The notes: a model not told the origin generated them from the sequence alone. A stretch of 63,119 nucleotides of DNA, filler included, from Octopus bimaculoides (GCF_001194135.2; 5 parts of 4 records of this genome joined end to end with filler, not necessarily neighbours in it); one strand, 5' to 3'. Numbered from the whole stretch's first letter, positions 1-11,358 are shown. Numbers and translations: made by a program.

Positions 1-300
1 CAGTTTTATCTTGTTTTGTATACTTATGGATTTCACTGGACTCGTCCGGTAATGAAAATTCGCTCCAATACACCACGACGTTTGAACATTTTTGAACATT
101 TCTGAATTTTCTGCTTTTTCTTAAATCTACAAGTTTGTTTTTTTTTTAATTCTCTTTCTGTTTATTTCCTCATATTCCTTTCTGCTGAGGAGCGTAAGCT
201 CGAAACGTATAAGACTTTCTCACTTTCTCGAGCGTCAAACTAATACACCTGCTTCCATACACCTGTTTTCGTCTTTTGTTTTTCGATAAATTTCAACTAT
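1..300 (+). mobile_element. Probable Penelope-like element terminal-repeat relic with a hammerhead-like motif
   Basis: CTGCTGA-G-GAGC-GTAA-GCTC-GAAAC-GTA at 182-209 resembles the minimal hammerheads of Penelope-like elements. The segment ends in (TA)n at about 298-314. Confidence 0.45.
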
Positions 301-469
301 ATATATATATATATAATGTATAGAACCTGATTGAATTTATTCTTCCAGGACAACAATGATAATTACAATATTACTGAACAACCAGCTAAACAATTATTAA
401 GTTTCAGGATATGCAGAACAATTTTAAACTAAAGCCGTACTAAGGGGGTACAGGTTTCTATTGTTTCCC

Positions 470-1330
470 ACTCTTGGGTGCGAAAAGCCCTTCGACTTAC
501 TAAACTTCTAGAAACCAGAAACCGAGCCATAGACAACTTGGTTTAGTTTTATGCCACCATTCCGAAATTAAATACAGGATATGATCGTATTGTCATTGTT
601 TGGATACAGTTTCAACGGCTTATTTCAAGGTGACAATCTCCATTTAAAACAAAAAAGTTTTTAGGAAATCTGAAATCTACGGAATTAACTCTCAGGAAAA
701 CAGAAACACCAAACCTAACCCTAACAACTGCTTCTTTCTGCTTAACCTGAAAGTATTTGGGTAGAATATGAATGGTATGAAGAAGTGCCTTAACGTGGTT
801 ACAACATTCTCAAAAGAGTTGTGGATGGAATTTGGCCAGGATGAATGTCTTGTCCGAATCTAAAACGAGGAAATATTACAAGTGTATGTAGCCATATCTA
901 TGATATCAATGGTCTGATTATTTCTCCGTTGTAATGAGGAATTTTACTTATCCATCCCTAAGTACTCAAGTACCTAAAGATGAAGAAAGATATATTCTAT
1001 GATGGAACTTGTAAGAGGAAACGAGTAACTAGGGATTATATTACCCAGATTATAAAAAATACGGTCCTCAAATCTGTTTATATACAATACATTGATGAAC
1101 TTACAATGCGCTTACTCTCCCTTTACCCATAGAATGATTTGAGCTTTTATATTGGCTGGTGGGTGGGATCCGGTTTATTGATGATAAAAGCCAGAAACTA
1201 TTGTTAACTAATTGTAAACATTTTCACATCAAGAGTGAATTAAAGTCTTTAAAAAAAGTGAAAACAAGGAGATAGAAATCTAACATCGATTCAAATAGTC
1301 TTTGAAAGTGGTATTTACTGATTTAACAAA
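470..1330 (+). mobile_element. Degenerate reverse-transcriptase fragment, R4/Dong-like non-LTR retrotransposon
   Basis: Frameshifted motifs in RT order: EKPFD (KAFD, ~481), NGLFQGDNL (GIFQGDSL, ~614), LNVVTTFSKELWMEFGQDEC (789-848; MEFGxxKC) and IDDKSQKLL...HIKSE (IDRKTRK...HPKSD, ~1180). Confidence 0.75.
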
Positions 1331-1464
1331 AGCATTCGATACTATGGGCAGGTCCATCTATAGACTGAATCTACTCACAGTATCAAATGTTTTTGTTGCG
1401 TAATTTAGTTATATTTCCTAAAACTAATAGAAAATATGAGTCTTAAGAGATTATAACTGTCATA

Positions 1465-1632
1465 GGCGCAGGTGTGGCTGTGTGGTGAGAAGTTTGCTTC
1501 TCAACCACATGGTTCTGGGTTCAGTCACACTACGTGACACTTTGGACATGTGCCTTCTACTATAGCCTTGGGCCATCCTAACCCTTGTGAGCGGATTTTG
1601 GCAGACGAAAACTGAAAGTAGCCCGTTGTAGG
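1465..1632 (+). mobile_element. tRNA-derived SINE, family A (5' part)
   Basis: ggcgcaggtgtggctgtgtggt (A box) and gggttcagtc (B box), followed by (GT)n. Many related copies occur in the window. Confidence 0.85.
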
Positions 1633-1742
1633 TGTGTGCGCGCGCGCGCATGTGTGTAAGTGTATGTGTGTGTTAGTGCATGTATTGTGTGTGTTAGTGT
1701 GTAATGTGTGTGTGTGTGAGTGTGTGTAAGCTTGCGTATATA

Positions 1743-3138
1743 TTCGGTTGGCAACTAAGTTTCCACCGATTTTTTAAATTTTGGAATTTATTGCGTTTTT
1801 AAATTTTGGAATCTATTTTTGTCGAGAATTCTATTCTCGAATCATTTTGGAATCTTTTTTTTTTTTTTTCTAGTTAATTTTAGCTAATTTTTGTTTATTT
1901 TCAGATCATTAAAATGGAATGTCAAGTTAAGAAAAACGAGCATTTTCNNNNNNNNNNNNNNNNNNNNNNNNNNNNNNNNNNNNNNNNNNNNNNNNNNNNN
2001 NNNNNNNNNNNNNNNNNNNNNNNNNNNNNNNNNNNNNNNNNNNNNNNNNNNNNNNNNNNNNNNNNNNNNNNNNNNNNNNNNNNNNNNNNNNNNNNNNNNN
2101 NNNNNNNNNNNNNNNNNNNNNNNNNNNNNNNNNNNNNNNNNNNNNNNNNNNNNNNNNNNNNNNNNNNNNNNNNNNNNNNNNNNNNNNNNNNNNNNNNNNN
2201 NNNNNNNNNNNNNNNNNNNNNNNNNNNNNNNNNNNNNNNNNNNNNNNNNNNNNNNNNNNNNNNNNNNNNNNNNNNNNNNNNNNNNNNNNNNNNNNNNNNN
2301 NNNNNNNNNNNNNNNNNNNNNNNNNNNNNNNNNNNNNNNNNNNNNNNNNNNNNNNNNNNNNNNNNNNNNNNNNNNNNNNNNNNNNNNNNNNNNNNNNNNN
2401 NNNNNNNNNNNNNNNNNNNNNNNNNNNNNNNNNNNNNNNNNNNNNNNNNNNNNNNNNNNNNNNNNNNNNNNNNNNNCCGAATCGTTACTGGCGACGAAAA
2501 ATGGTGCCTGTACATCAATATGAAGCAAGGTAAGGAATGGCTTAGCCCCGGTAAACAAGCGACACAGCGCGTGAAACGAGATCTTCTTCCGCGTAAAACG
2601 ATGTTGTGCGTATGGTGGGACTGGGAAGGTATTATCCATTACGAATTGCTTGAACGGAACCAAACGGTCAACTCGGAACTCTATGTTCAACAGATGGAAC
2701 GACTCAACACAGCTATTCAAGAGAAAAGACCTAATCGACAGCATGGAGTTCTTTTGCTGCACGACAACGCCCGCCCTCGTATCGTCAATATGACCAAGGA
2801 AGCCATTCAAACGCATGGTTGAGAAGTGCTGCCACATCCGCCGTACTCTCCTGATTTGGCACCAACGGATTTCCACCTCTTTCGATCTCTTACAAATGCT
2901 ATGCACGGAGTTTCCTTCAATACTGATGTAGAACTGAGAGCTTGGCTAGATCAATTTTTCGAGTCGAAATCGGGTGATTTCTACCAACGAGGTACTGAAA
3001 ATCTTGTTGAACGTTGGGAAGAAGTTGTAAACAACAAGAGTGAATACATTATTGATTAATTAGTTGTCATATTTTATCAAATCTTTTAAAAAATTTAAAT
3101 TAAAAAAAGAAACGGCGGGAACTTAGTTGCCAACCCAA
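1743..3138 (+). mobile_element. Near full-length mariner (Tc1/mariner, DD34D) transposon
   Basis: ~26-bp TIRs TTCGGTTGGCAACTAAGTTTCCACCG / CGGCGGGAACTTAGTTGCCAACCCAA, with TA on both sides (1741-1742 and 3139-3140), enclosing a transposase frame. Confidence 0.95.
1914..3059 (+). pseudogene. Mariner transposase with a premature stop; partly hidden by the gap at 1948-2477
   Basis: MECQVKKNEHF...IVTGDEKW...WLSPG...MLCVWWD...HDNARP...HG*EVLPHPPYSPDLAPTDFHLF. There are 34 residues between the second and third Asp, and TGA at 2820-2822 replaces a conserved Trp. Confidence 0.93.
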
Positions 3139-3154
3139 TATAACAATATATTAG

Positions 3155-3322
3155 AAGGGAATAGTTGATTACACCGACCCAGTGCTCCACTGGTACTAAT
3201 TTCATCGACCCCGAAAGAATGAAAGATAAAGTCGACCTCGGCGGAATTTAAACTCAGAACGTAAAGACGAGCGAAATACGCTAAGCATTTCGTCCGGCAT
3301 GCTAACGGTTCTACCAGTTCAC
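3155..3322 (-). mobile_element. tRNA-derived SINE, family B
   Basis: The reverse complement gives ctggtagaaccgttagc...gttctgagtttaaattccgccgaggtcgac...ttcattctttcggggtcgatgaaattagtaccag, shared with the copies at 18.6, 22.0, 34.4, 49.9, 53.1 and 60.2 kb. Confidence 0.85.
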
Positions 3323-3340
3323 TATCTAAATCTGTAGTTG

Positions 3341-3415
3341 GGGAGTTTAACTCAATCGGTCAGAGCATTGTGACGTGTAATCACGGAGATGTGAGTTCGA
3401 GTCCCACAGCTAACC
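3341..3415 (+). pseudogene. tRNA-like pseudogene, anticodon TGT (Thr-like)
   Basis: Cloverleaf seen: D arm actc-aatcggtca-gagc, anticodon arm tgtga-cgTGTaa-tcacg, T arm gtgag-ttcgagt-cccac, and 5 of 7 acceptor pairs. A T6 run follows at 3424-3429. Lesions at position 33 and in the acceptor and D stems. Confidence 0.55.
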
Positions 3416-3481
3416 ACCTACACTTTTTTCTGCAAAATAGGGGTAGTTTATCCTGTTCAGGCTATATTATTAGCATTATCC

Positions 3482-3561
3482 TGCGATTGAGAATTTAAAA
3501 TCACTTCTTTAACTTTCTAAGACATCTCAACGCTTCTGTTTACGTATATCGTAATTTGAAT

Positions 3562-3565
<4 letters not shown>
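3482..3565 (+). mobile_element. Short fragment of the hAT element also present at 12120-12490
   Basis: gagaatttaaaatcacttctttaactttctaagacatctcaacgcttc is nearly identical to the reverse complement of 12170-12220. Confidence 0.7.

Positions 3566-3614
<49 letters not shown>
3565..3614. repeat. (AAT)n microsatellite
   Basis: About 16 AAT units, seen directly. Confidence 0.95.
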
Positions 3615-3616
<2 letters not shown>

Positions 3617-4335
3617 CACGCAAGTGCAACGAACCTCTGCAGAATGTGTGGGAAGAGGGTCGAAAGTGTGACTCACATTGTTAGTGCTTGTGAAAGTCTT
3701 GCGCAGAAAGAGTACAAGCGTAGACATGACAAGGCGGCCCAAAACCTTCACTGACTACTATGCTGGAAGTATGGATATGAAGTTACGGGTGCTTAGTACC
3801 AACATAGACCGGAGAAGGTAATGGACGAAAAGAAGAAGTCAAAAATCCTCTGGGACTTTGACTTCTAGATAGACGAGTTGTTAGAACACTGAAGGCCGGA
3901 TGTAGTAACCTTTAGAAGGGGTAAGCAAGAGTGCCTAATAATTGACGTAGCAGTGCCAGGAGATCAACATATTATCATGAAAGAAAGAGAAAATATTGAT
4001 AAATATGGAGACCGGAGAATTGAGATCGCTAAGATGTGGCAGCTACAAGAGTCAAACATAATGGTTGTCCCTATTGATATCGGAGCATTGGGTTCAATAC
4101 CACATAGCCTGGAGAAACATCTGGAAACTTTAGAAATACCCTACAATCTCGGTGTATTGCAAAAATCGGTATTATTTGGAACTGCACGCATATTGCGTAA
4201 TGTACTGCTTGTCTGAGGTCCTTGTTATGACGCGACAGACTGTATAAATTCTCGGTAGACACAATATCTTCAATCAACAACATCCCGATATTGGATACTC
4301 TCCGACGTCTTAAATAATGATGATGACGATGATGA
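3617..4335 (+). mobile_element. 3' end of an R4/Dong-like RLE non-LTR retrotransposon (zinc knuckle, PD-(D/E)xK endonuclease and 3' UTR)
   Basis: A single frame, 3617-4216, with 4 internal stops: CRMC...HIVSAC...RRHD...ILWDF...RPDVV...LIIDVAVP...KE.ENIDKY...IGALG...LQKSVLFGTARILRNVL*. It ends in an (AAT/GAT)n tail. Confidence 0.9.
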
Positions 4336-5209
4336 TGCAAACAAAACATCACAAACAAGTCATACATAAAATAGATGTGTAGGATGTTGCGAACATTTTG
4401 TATTAAAAGAGTACTTTTAATACAAAAAACTATAAGCAAAATCGCACAAAAGCTCCGCCTACTGAAGACCCATAGGGCTACAGACATCTGTGCTGTGAAA
4501 GCACGTAATGATAATAGATCTATAGGTTTTGTGACGAGAAGAAATGACTTGGAACTTTATCATATCTACGTTATTGCCTTTTTCAAATGTGTATAACGGG
4601 CAATGCAACAGTCGCTGTTCCACAATGAAGAGCGCATCTCATAAGATGTTAGACGTTTGTTCCTCGCTCCACATTGACATATGACAAACTGCACTTTGTT
4701 ATTTTAATAGAATTGACTTCTATTCATTACATGTGAGACCAAGGGAGGATTTTTCTAATTGAGCATATCTATGATCAAATCTGTTCAAGCTACAATTATT
4801 CCGTCTTTCTTTTTTTGCTTTTCAAGAATAATGGATACTGTGTCTGTAGCGACGATGAGCTTTCAATTATTCCATCAACTGCATGTCTAACACGTTAAAT
4901 AAACTTCTAATTACAATTAGTAAGTACTCCACTGTTATTATATTCTTAACCCTATTCCCAAACCGAATCAGCATGGCACGAAATATAACAAGACTGGAAC
5001 TCCGAATTGCAGGTACAGTCCATCCGACGAGCTTCCATACAGTTGCCGTCAACCTAATTTCTTGAAAGGAACAGTGTATCCAGGACTATGTTATCTAATG
5101 TGACATATTCTATTTCTAAGACAGTAGGGCGTGATTTCTAGTAAATCGAACGATGAAGAAGTCTCGTTCATTGGATCCATTTGTCTAACGTAAATGTCAT
5201 TGGTGGTGA

Positions 5210-7072
5210 CGTGATGGTGAAAATGGTGAATGTCGAGGTCTGTGATGGTGGCGGTAGTAGTAGTGGCTGCGGTGACGATGGTGGTGGTGGTGATGGGGTG
5301 ATGGCGGAGTAGGTACTAGGGTGGATGAAGATGGTTGCGAGGACAGTAGTGGTGGTGGTGGTGGTGGTGGTGGTGGTGTCACTAGTAATATGTTGTTGAC
5401 ATTGGTAGAATGCGAAAGGAGTAGGTTGGGTGGGGATGAGGGGGAGATATTACTGACGGCTGGATTGATGACAGTGGTGATAATGGTGGTAAATAACTGT
5501 GACGGAAGTGACGAGGTGAACGCTGAGGCTTATGATAATGCTGCTNNNNNNNNNNNNNNNNNNNNNNNNNNNNNNNNNNNNNNNNNNNNNNNNNNNNNNN
5601 NNNNNNNNNNNNNNNNNNNNNNNNNNNNCGGAGTAGGTACTAGGGTGGATGAAGATGGTTGCGAGGACAGTAGTGGTGGTGGTGGTGGTGGTGGTGGTGG
5701 TGTCACTAGTAATATGTTGTTGACATTGGTAGAATGCGAAAGGAGTAGGTTGGGTGGGGATGAGGGGGAGATATTACTGACGGCTGGATTGATGACAGTG
5801 GTGATAATGGTGGTAAATAACTGTGACGGAAGTGACGAGGTGAACGCTGAGGCTTATGATAATGCTGCTGCTACTGCTGCTGCTGCTGCTTCTTGCTACT
5901 ACTATAGCAGCGATTGTTACAACTGCTGCTACTGATGATGTGATGATGAGGAGGAGGGTGAGGATGAGGATGAGGATGAGGATGATGATGATGATGATGA
6001 CGATGATTGTGTCAGCACTGATGCGGGTGAGAGTTGATTGGCTGATGATAATGGTTCTGATGGCAATGAGTGATTATGACTGTGATGCTGACAGCAGTAA
6101 CAATATTAATAGTAGTTGCAGTGGTGGTGGTGGTGATAATATGGTGATGATGATAGTGGTGGTGGTGGTTGTGATGGATTTAGGTGGTGGTGATAATGGT
6201 TATGGTGATGATGACAGTGGCGGGGGTCGGTGCTGATGGTGGTGGTGGTTATAAAGGTGGTTGTGATAATGGTAGCAGCAGTAGTGCTGGTAGTGGTGGT
6301 AATAATGGTTGTGGTGGTGTTGATGATAGTGGTGGGGGGCGGTGCTGATGGTGGTGATGGNNNNNNNNNNNNNNNNNNNNNNNNNNNNNNNNNNNNNNNN
6401 NNNNNNNNNNNNNNNNNNNNNNNNNNNNNNNNNNNNNNNNNNNNNNNNNNNNNNNNNNNNNNNNNNNNNNNNNNNNNNNNNNNNNNNNNNNNNNNNNNNN
6501 NNNNNNNNNNNNNNNNNNNNNNNNNNNNNNNNNNNNNNNNNNNNNNNNNNNNNNNNNNNNNNNNNNNNNNNNNNNNNNNNNNNNNNNNNNNNNNNNNNNN
6601 NNNNNNNNNNNNNNNNNNNNNNNNNNNNNNNNNNNNNNNNNNNNNNNNNNNNNNNNNNNNNNNNNNNNNNNNNNNNNNNNNNNNNNNNNNNNNNNNNNNN
6701 NNNNNNNNNNNNTGGTGGTGGTGGTGGTGGTGGTGGTGGTAGTAGTGATGATGATAACGGTAGTAACGGCGGAGGTGGTAGTGGTGGTGGTGGTGGTGGT
6801 GTTGAGGATAATGAATATGGCGATGATGGTTGTTGTGGTGATGGTGGATATGATGGGAGCGGTGGTAAATATGATAGTGATGTAGTGATGATGGTGGTGG
6901 TGGTGGTGGTAGGAGTAAGGATAGTACGAGAGTTGGGGGTTGGGAAGATCCAGACAGTTATCAGTGTTCAAGTCGAAGATGAGAAAGAAGCTGGTGGAAG
7001 CATTGATAATGATTATGATGGTGGGGATGGTGAGAACAAGATGTTTTGATGCTGCTGCTTCTGTTGTTATCA

Positions 7073-7127
<55 letters not shown>

Positions 7128-7133
7128 CGATGA

Positions 7134-7170
<37 letters not shown>

Positions 7171-7560
7171 GAAGAAGAAGAAGAAGAAGAAGAAGAAGAA
7201 GAAGAAGAAGAAGAAGAAGAAGAAGAAGAAGAAGAAGAAGAAGAAGAAGAAGAAGAATTAGAAGAAGAAGAAATCAAAGGGGAGGAAGAGAAGTCGTGAG
7301 GGGAGGCAGAACAGGAGGAAGATGTGGATTCAGGGGGAGGCAAAAAAGGAGGAAGAGAAGGGGTGAGAGGAAACAGAAGAGGAGGAAAGGGAGGAGGACA
7401 GTCATGCTGGTGATGATGATGATGATGGTGATGACGGTGATGACAGCAACGCTGGTATTAATGTGATGATGACTATGTTAGTTATGATGATGATGGCGAT
7501 AATGATGAGGACGACAGCAAAGCTGGTGCTAATGATGATGATGACGACAATAATGATGCT
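5210..7560. repeat. Large GGT/GAT/GAC/GAA low-complexity trinucleotide region, interrupted by two gaps
   Basis: Seen directly; includes the compound (GAT)n(GAC)n(GAA)n run at 7075-7257. Confidence 0.9.
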
Positions 7561-7822
7561 GATTGTAAGAAAGCCTTTTCGTATTAAACACCTGCAGCAG
7601 TTAACATTGGCTTAGCATTGGCCTATTTGAGTTATTTCCCTTACCTCGTCGCTTGGCGCGCTAGAGCAACCGAACAATTCGAAAACATCACTCAAACATA
7701 ATTAAAAAATGAAAGCTACATTCAACACTGTAGTCCTAAAAGTATATAAAAAGACGGAATGCTCACGGTCGGAGCGCATTTGATCATTGGACTTTTCACT
7801 GAGGGTCTAACCTAGGGGCTGC

Positions 7823-7957
7823 CGACCACATGACCACATGGTTGTGGGTTCAGTCCCACTGTGTGACGCCGTGGACAAGTGTCTTCTACTATAGGCTCGG
7901 ACCAACAGAAGCCTTGTGCATGGATTTGGTAGACGTAAACTGAAAGAAGCCCATCGC
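7823..7957 (+). mobile_element. SINE family A, 5'-truncated
   Basis: accacatggttgtgggttcagtcccactg...aagtgtcttctactatagg...gatttggtagacgtaaactgaaagaagccc. Confidence 0.8.
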
Positions 7958-8139
7958 ATAGATTTTTTGCAGATGCAAGTGCTACGTGTTGAATGCTCCA
8001 CATACCGGATGCTAGCAGGCTTATGGAGTCATTATGGAAGAATGCGCGCCGTTTCGGGACCTTTCTTTCGACAGCATTATTGCGCACTGCCCCCACGTCA
8101 CTGGCATAAGGCCCTGCTTGTTAGATCAACTGGTCACTA

Positions 8140-8895
8140 GGTTTTGCTCAATATTTTTCTAGCCATTGCGCATCCTCTCTTTTTAACCAAATCTAATGGC
8201 TTGCCTTCTCCACTGTCGCCTGGATATCACTTATGAAGGTATTAGCTTTACGATGAATTCGACCTAGCAACAACATCCATCGCCTCACATTGCATTCAAT
8301 GAGACCTTACATCCAGCTTCGATTGGATTATGCTCTGCTTTCCACCCGGCGTCTCCACATTCCTCCAGGAGGTATTTATAACAGTGGATCTTTCGAGTCC
8401 AGGACGCGGAGGGCGTCTATGTTTTCTTCCTGACAAACCGTTAACTCGACCAGATATACAACTTTCTTTTTCGCACACCATATGATAACATTTGGTCGTA
8501 CCATAACTAGAATAGGGAAACATTTTGGACACCCTGGTAAATCTGAAGCCACCTCCCAGTAGCCGTTCCACTTTGTTTCGTTCACAGGAAATTTCTTCTT
8601 CAAATGGGTTTGCTGTTCTGGACGAACGAACGTAATGAAGCCTCTGGCTGGTTGCTTCTATAGTTCTTTTTTTGTTTGTTTTTCGTTTTTGTTTTTGCCA
8701 CTGTTGATGAGAGTAATTTGGTTCTTTGTAGCATTGAATGAGGACCTTAAGGACCAGATTGTGTCTCCATCTATATTTGTCTAAGGCCAGAGAACAGTTG
8801 GAAAGAATATGTTTCTGTGTTCATCTGCATTTACCACTCTCTGATACGTTCCATCTCACTAGGTTTGTAGGCGACTGCATGGCATCGTAGGATCA
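8140..8895 (-). mobile_element. 3' fragment of a HERO/NeSL-like RLE non-LTR retrotransposon (degenerate)
   Basis: Minus-strand motifs in order: YDAMQSPTNLVRW, HILSNCSLALDKYRWRHNLVL, RPNVIIW..KKKVVYLVELTV..EENI, GW..AEHNPIEAGC, EKASH*IWLKRE. Confidence 0.8.
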
Positions 8896-8904
8896 ACGAA
8901 TGCA

Positions 8905-9330
<426 letters not shown>

Positions 9331-9599
9331 GTGGTGTGCTTATCCACCACTTGACAGCCGGCATTGGTTTTTGTACGTCCCCGTAACTTAGGAGTTCGCC
9401 AAAAAAGACCGATAGAATAAGTACCAGGCTTTAAAAAAATAAGCACTGGGGTCGATCATTTCGCGTAAACACTTGAAGGCAGTTCAAATCACGCTGTTTC
9501 CCATCTTTGCCTTTATCTCTTCGGTCAAGTATTGCAGTTGGGTGTATTGATTAATCTCTCCTACGTCTCAAGTCTTGTACTTATGATAGAAACAATTAT

Positions 9600-10260
9600 T
9601 GCAGCTCGAAATGCATTGGTTGTTCTTGTTGTTGCTTCTGCTACTACTACTGTTGTTGTTGTTGTTCTCAGCATTTTTACTCTCGTTGTTCTTGTTCTGG
9701 TTCTTCATCTCTTTATATGCCACCTTATTTGCTGCTGTTCCTGCTATTGTTGTTTTTGTTGATGTTGTTGTTAATGATGCGGCTATTGGTGTTGTTGTTG
9801 TTGCTGCTATGATGGTGTTGTTGTTGTTGTTGTTGCTGCTATGATAGTGTTGTTGTTGTTGTTGTTGTTGTTGTTGCTGCTGCCACTGCTGCTGTTACTG
9901 CTGTCACTGTTGTTGTTGTTCGCGTTGTTTCTATTGTAAAGCAGTTCGTCTGAAGTGGAACAAGCAGGGTGGCGACATTTTGAAGAGCTCTCGTTCGACT
10001 GTCACCGATAACTGCAGTGACAGTCGTTGGAAGCATGGGGGCGGAGATGGGTGGTGGTGGTGGTGGTGACTGCAGTTGGGAGTAGCAGCAGCAGCAGTAA
10101 CAGTGGTGGTGGCAGTGGTAGTAGCAGTGGTGATGGTGGTGATGGTGGTAACTAGTTCTGATGGTGGTGACAGTAGTTCTGATGGCAGTGGTGGTGGTGG
10201 TGGTGGTGGTGGTGGTAGACAAGAAAAAGAACAACAGCAACTACAACAACAAACTAGTTG
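9600..10260. repeat. (GTT)n/(GGT)n/(GCA)n low-complexity region
   Basis: Seen directly. Confidence 0.85.
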
Positions 10261-11358
10261 CAGGTGCCGGTGTGGAATTAATGAAGAAAAAGAAGAAAAA
10301 CCGTGTGGAAGGACCTTCCCCTACACCACCACCATCACCACTCCCAAAAATGCGAAAATCGAATCAAAGTAGAGAAGAAAAGAGAAAAATAAAAGAAAGT
10401 CCGGAAGAGAAATGAACAGTGAAATCGGGAGACAAGGTGTAAGAAGAGGAAGAGATACAGTCCATTCTTGTGGTGGACACAGATGTCAAAAAATGGCAGC
10501 CCAAAATGACTTACCATATACTTCAATCTATATGTTTTCTCTGTCTGCTTCTTTGGCAATATTTCGATCTATATATCTCTCTGTTGATGCTAGCAAATTA
10601 GCAAATTAACTATACTGAGAAGTAATGTTTATCGCCACTTAAACATGGCTGTTCCGTAGAAACCGACCCCAGGAGGACGCCTCCTCCGTGTGGTTATTCG
10701 ATGCAATCTGCACCCGATATATATTGCAGGCAGGGTAGTGAACTCCTATCATCTTCTAGTCGCGAGACGAGACTGCCTGGCCGTACGGTTTCGACCTTTT
10801 TGTAGTCATCCGTAGTGATGGATACTCGCCTGCTAGATAATGTTTGAGTCTATTTGTCTATATATCAATCTGTCTCTTTATCACATCTGCCCTCTCTTTC
10901 AAACAACATCAGTCTGCTGTTATGATGTATATATGTCATAATAACTAATCAGGAAATCTTTATATGGTCAATGGAATTGGTAGGAATAGCAACCAAAATC
11001 CTTTAAAATCACATCCTATCGTCTTATAAAAGAAAAGAGGTCCTTCTCAGGACGATAAATAAATAATAAACTATATATTGTGATCGATTGCTCTCCTTTT
11101 TTCCTCTCGGAATCAGGTAGGATGTGGTGTGAGAGTGTCACGGGGAACCACTCACATTATTCCTTGCAGGTTCTGAAACATGGAGAAGAGTTGAGTGGCG
11201 TACCAGCAATCTTTTCTCATCAGCTAACAACCTATAAAACTTTCAAAAAACTGTTTTAAAAAGTCACAATGAACATAACGGTTGCAAATGGACTGATATG
11301 TTATATGTCATCATAATGGAACGGCTATTTAAAAGAAGAAAAACTATTATTCCATATA

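Noticed and set aside
470-4216. Idea that the RT relic (470-1330) and the RLE fragment (3617-4216) are one interrupted element
   Set aside because: They share strand and clade, but the RT part is heavily frameshifted while the RLE part is not, and too little linking sequence remains. Separate insertions are more likely.
4396-4427. 14-bp-stem AT-rich palindrome TTTTGTATTAAAAG-AGTA-CTTTTAATACAAAA
   Set aside because: Short, AT-rich and without supporting context; plausible by chance or from a local inversion.
4460-4505. CTGAAGA-CCC-ATA-GGG...GAAA resembling a hammerhead
   Set aside because: GAAA does not follow stem II directly and no helix I or III could be built.
5306-5868. ~240-bp exact direct repeat on both sides of an N gap (5306-5545 and 5629-5868)
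   Set aside because: An identical sequence flanking a short gap is typical of an unmerged contig overlap, so this is probably an assembly artefact.
6940-7299. 119-aa poly-Asp/poly-Glu ORF
   Set aside because: It consists of a compound trinucleotide microsatellite, with no domain or splice context.
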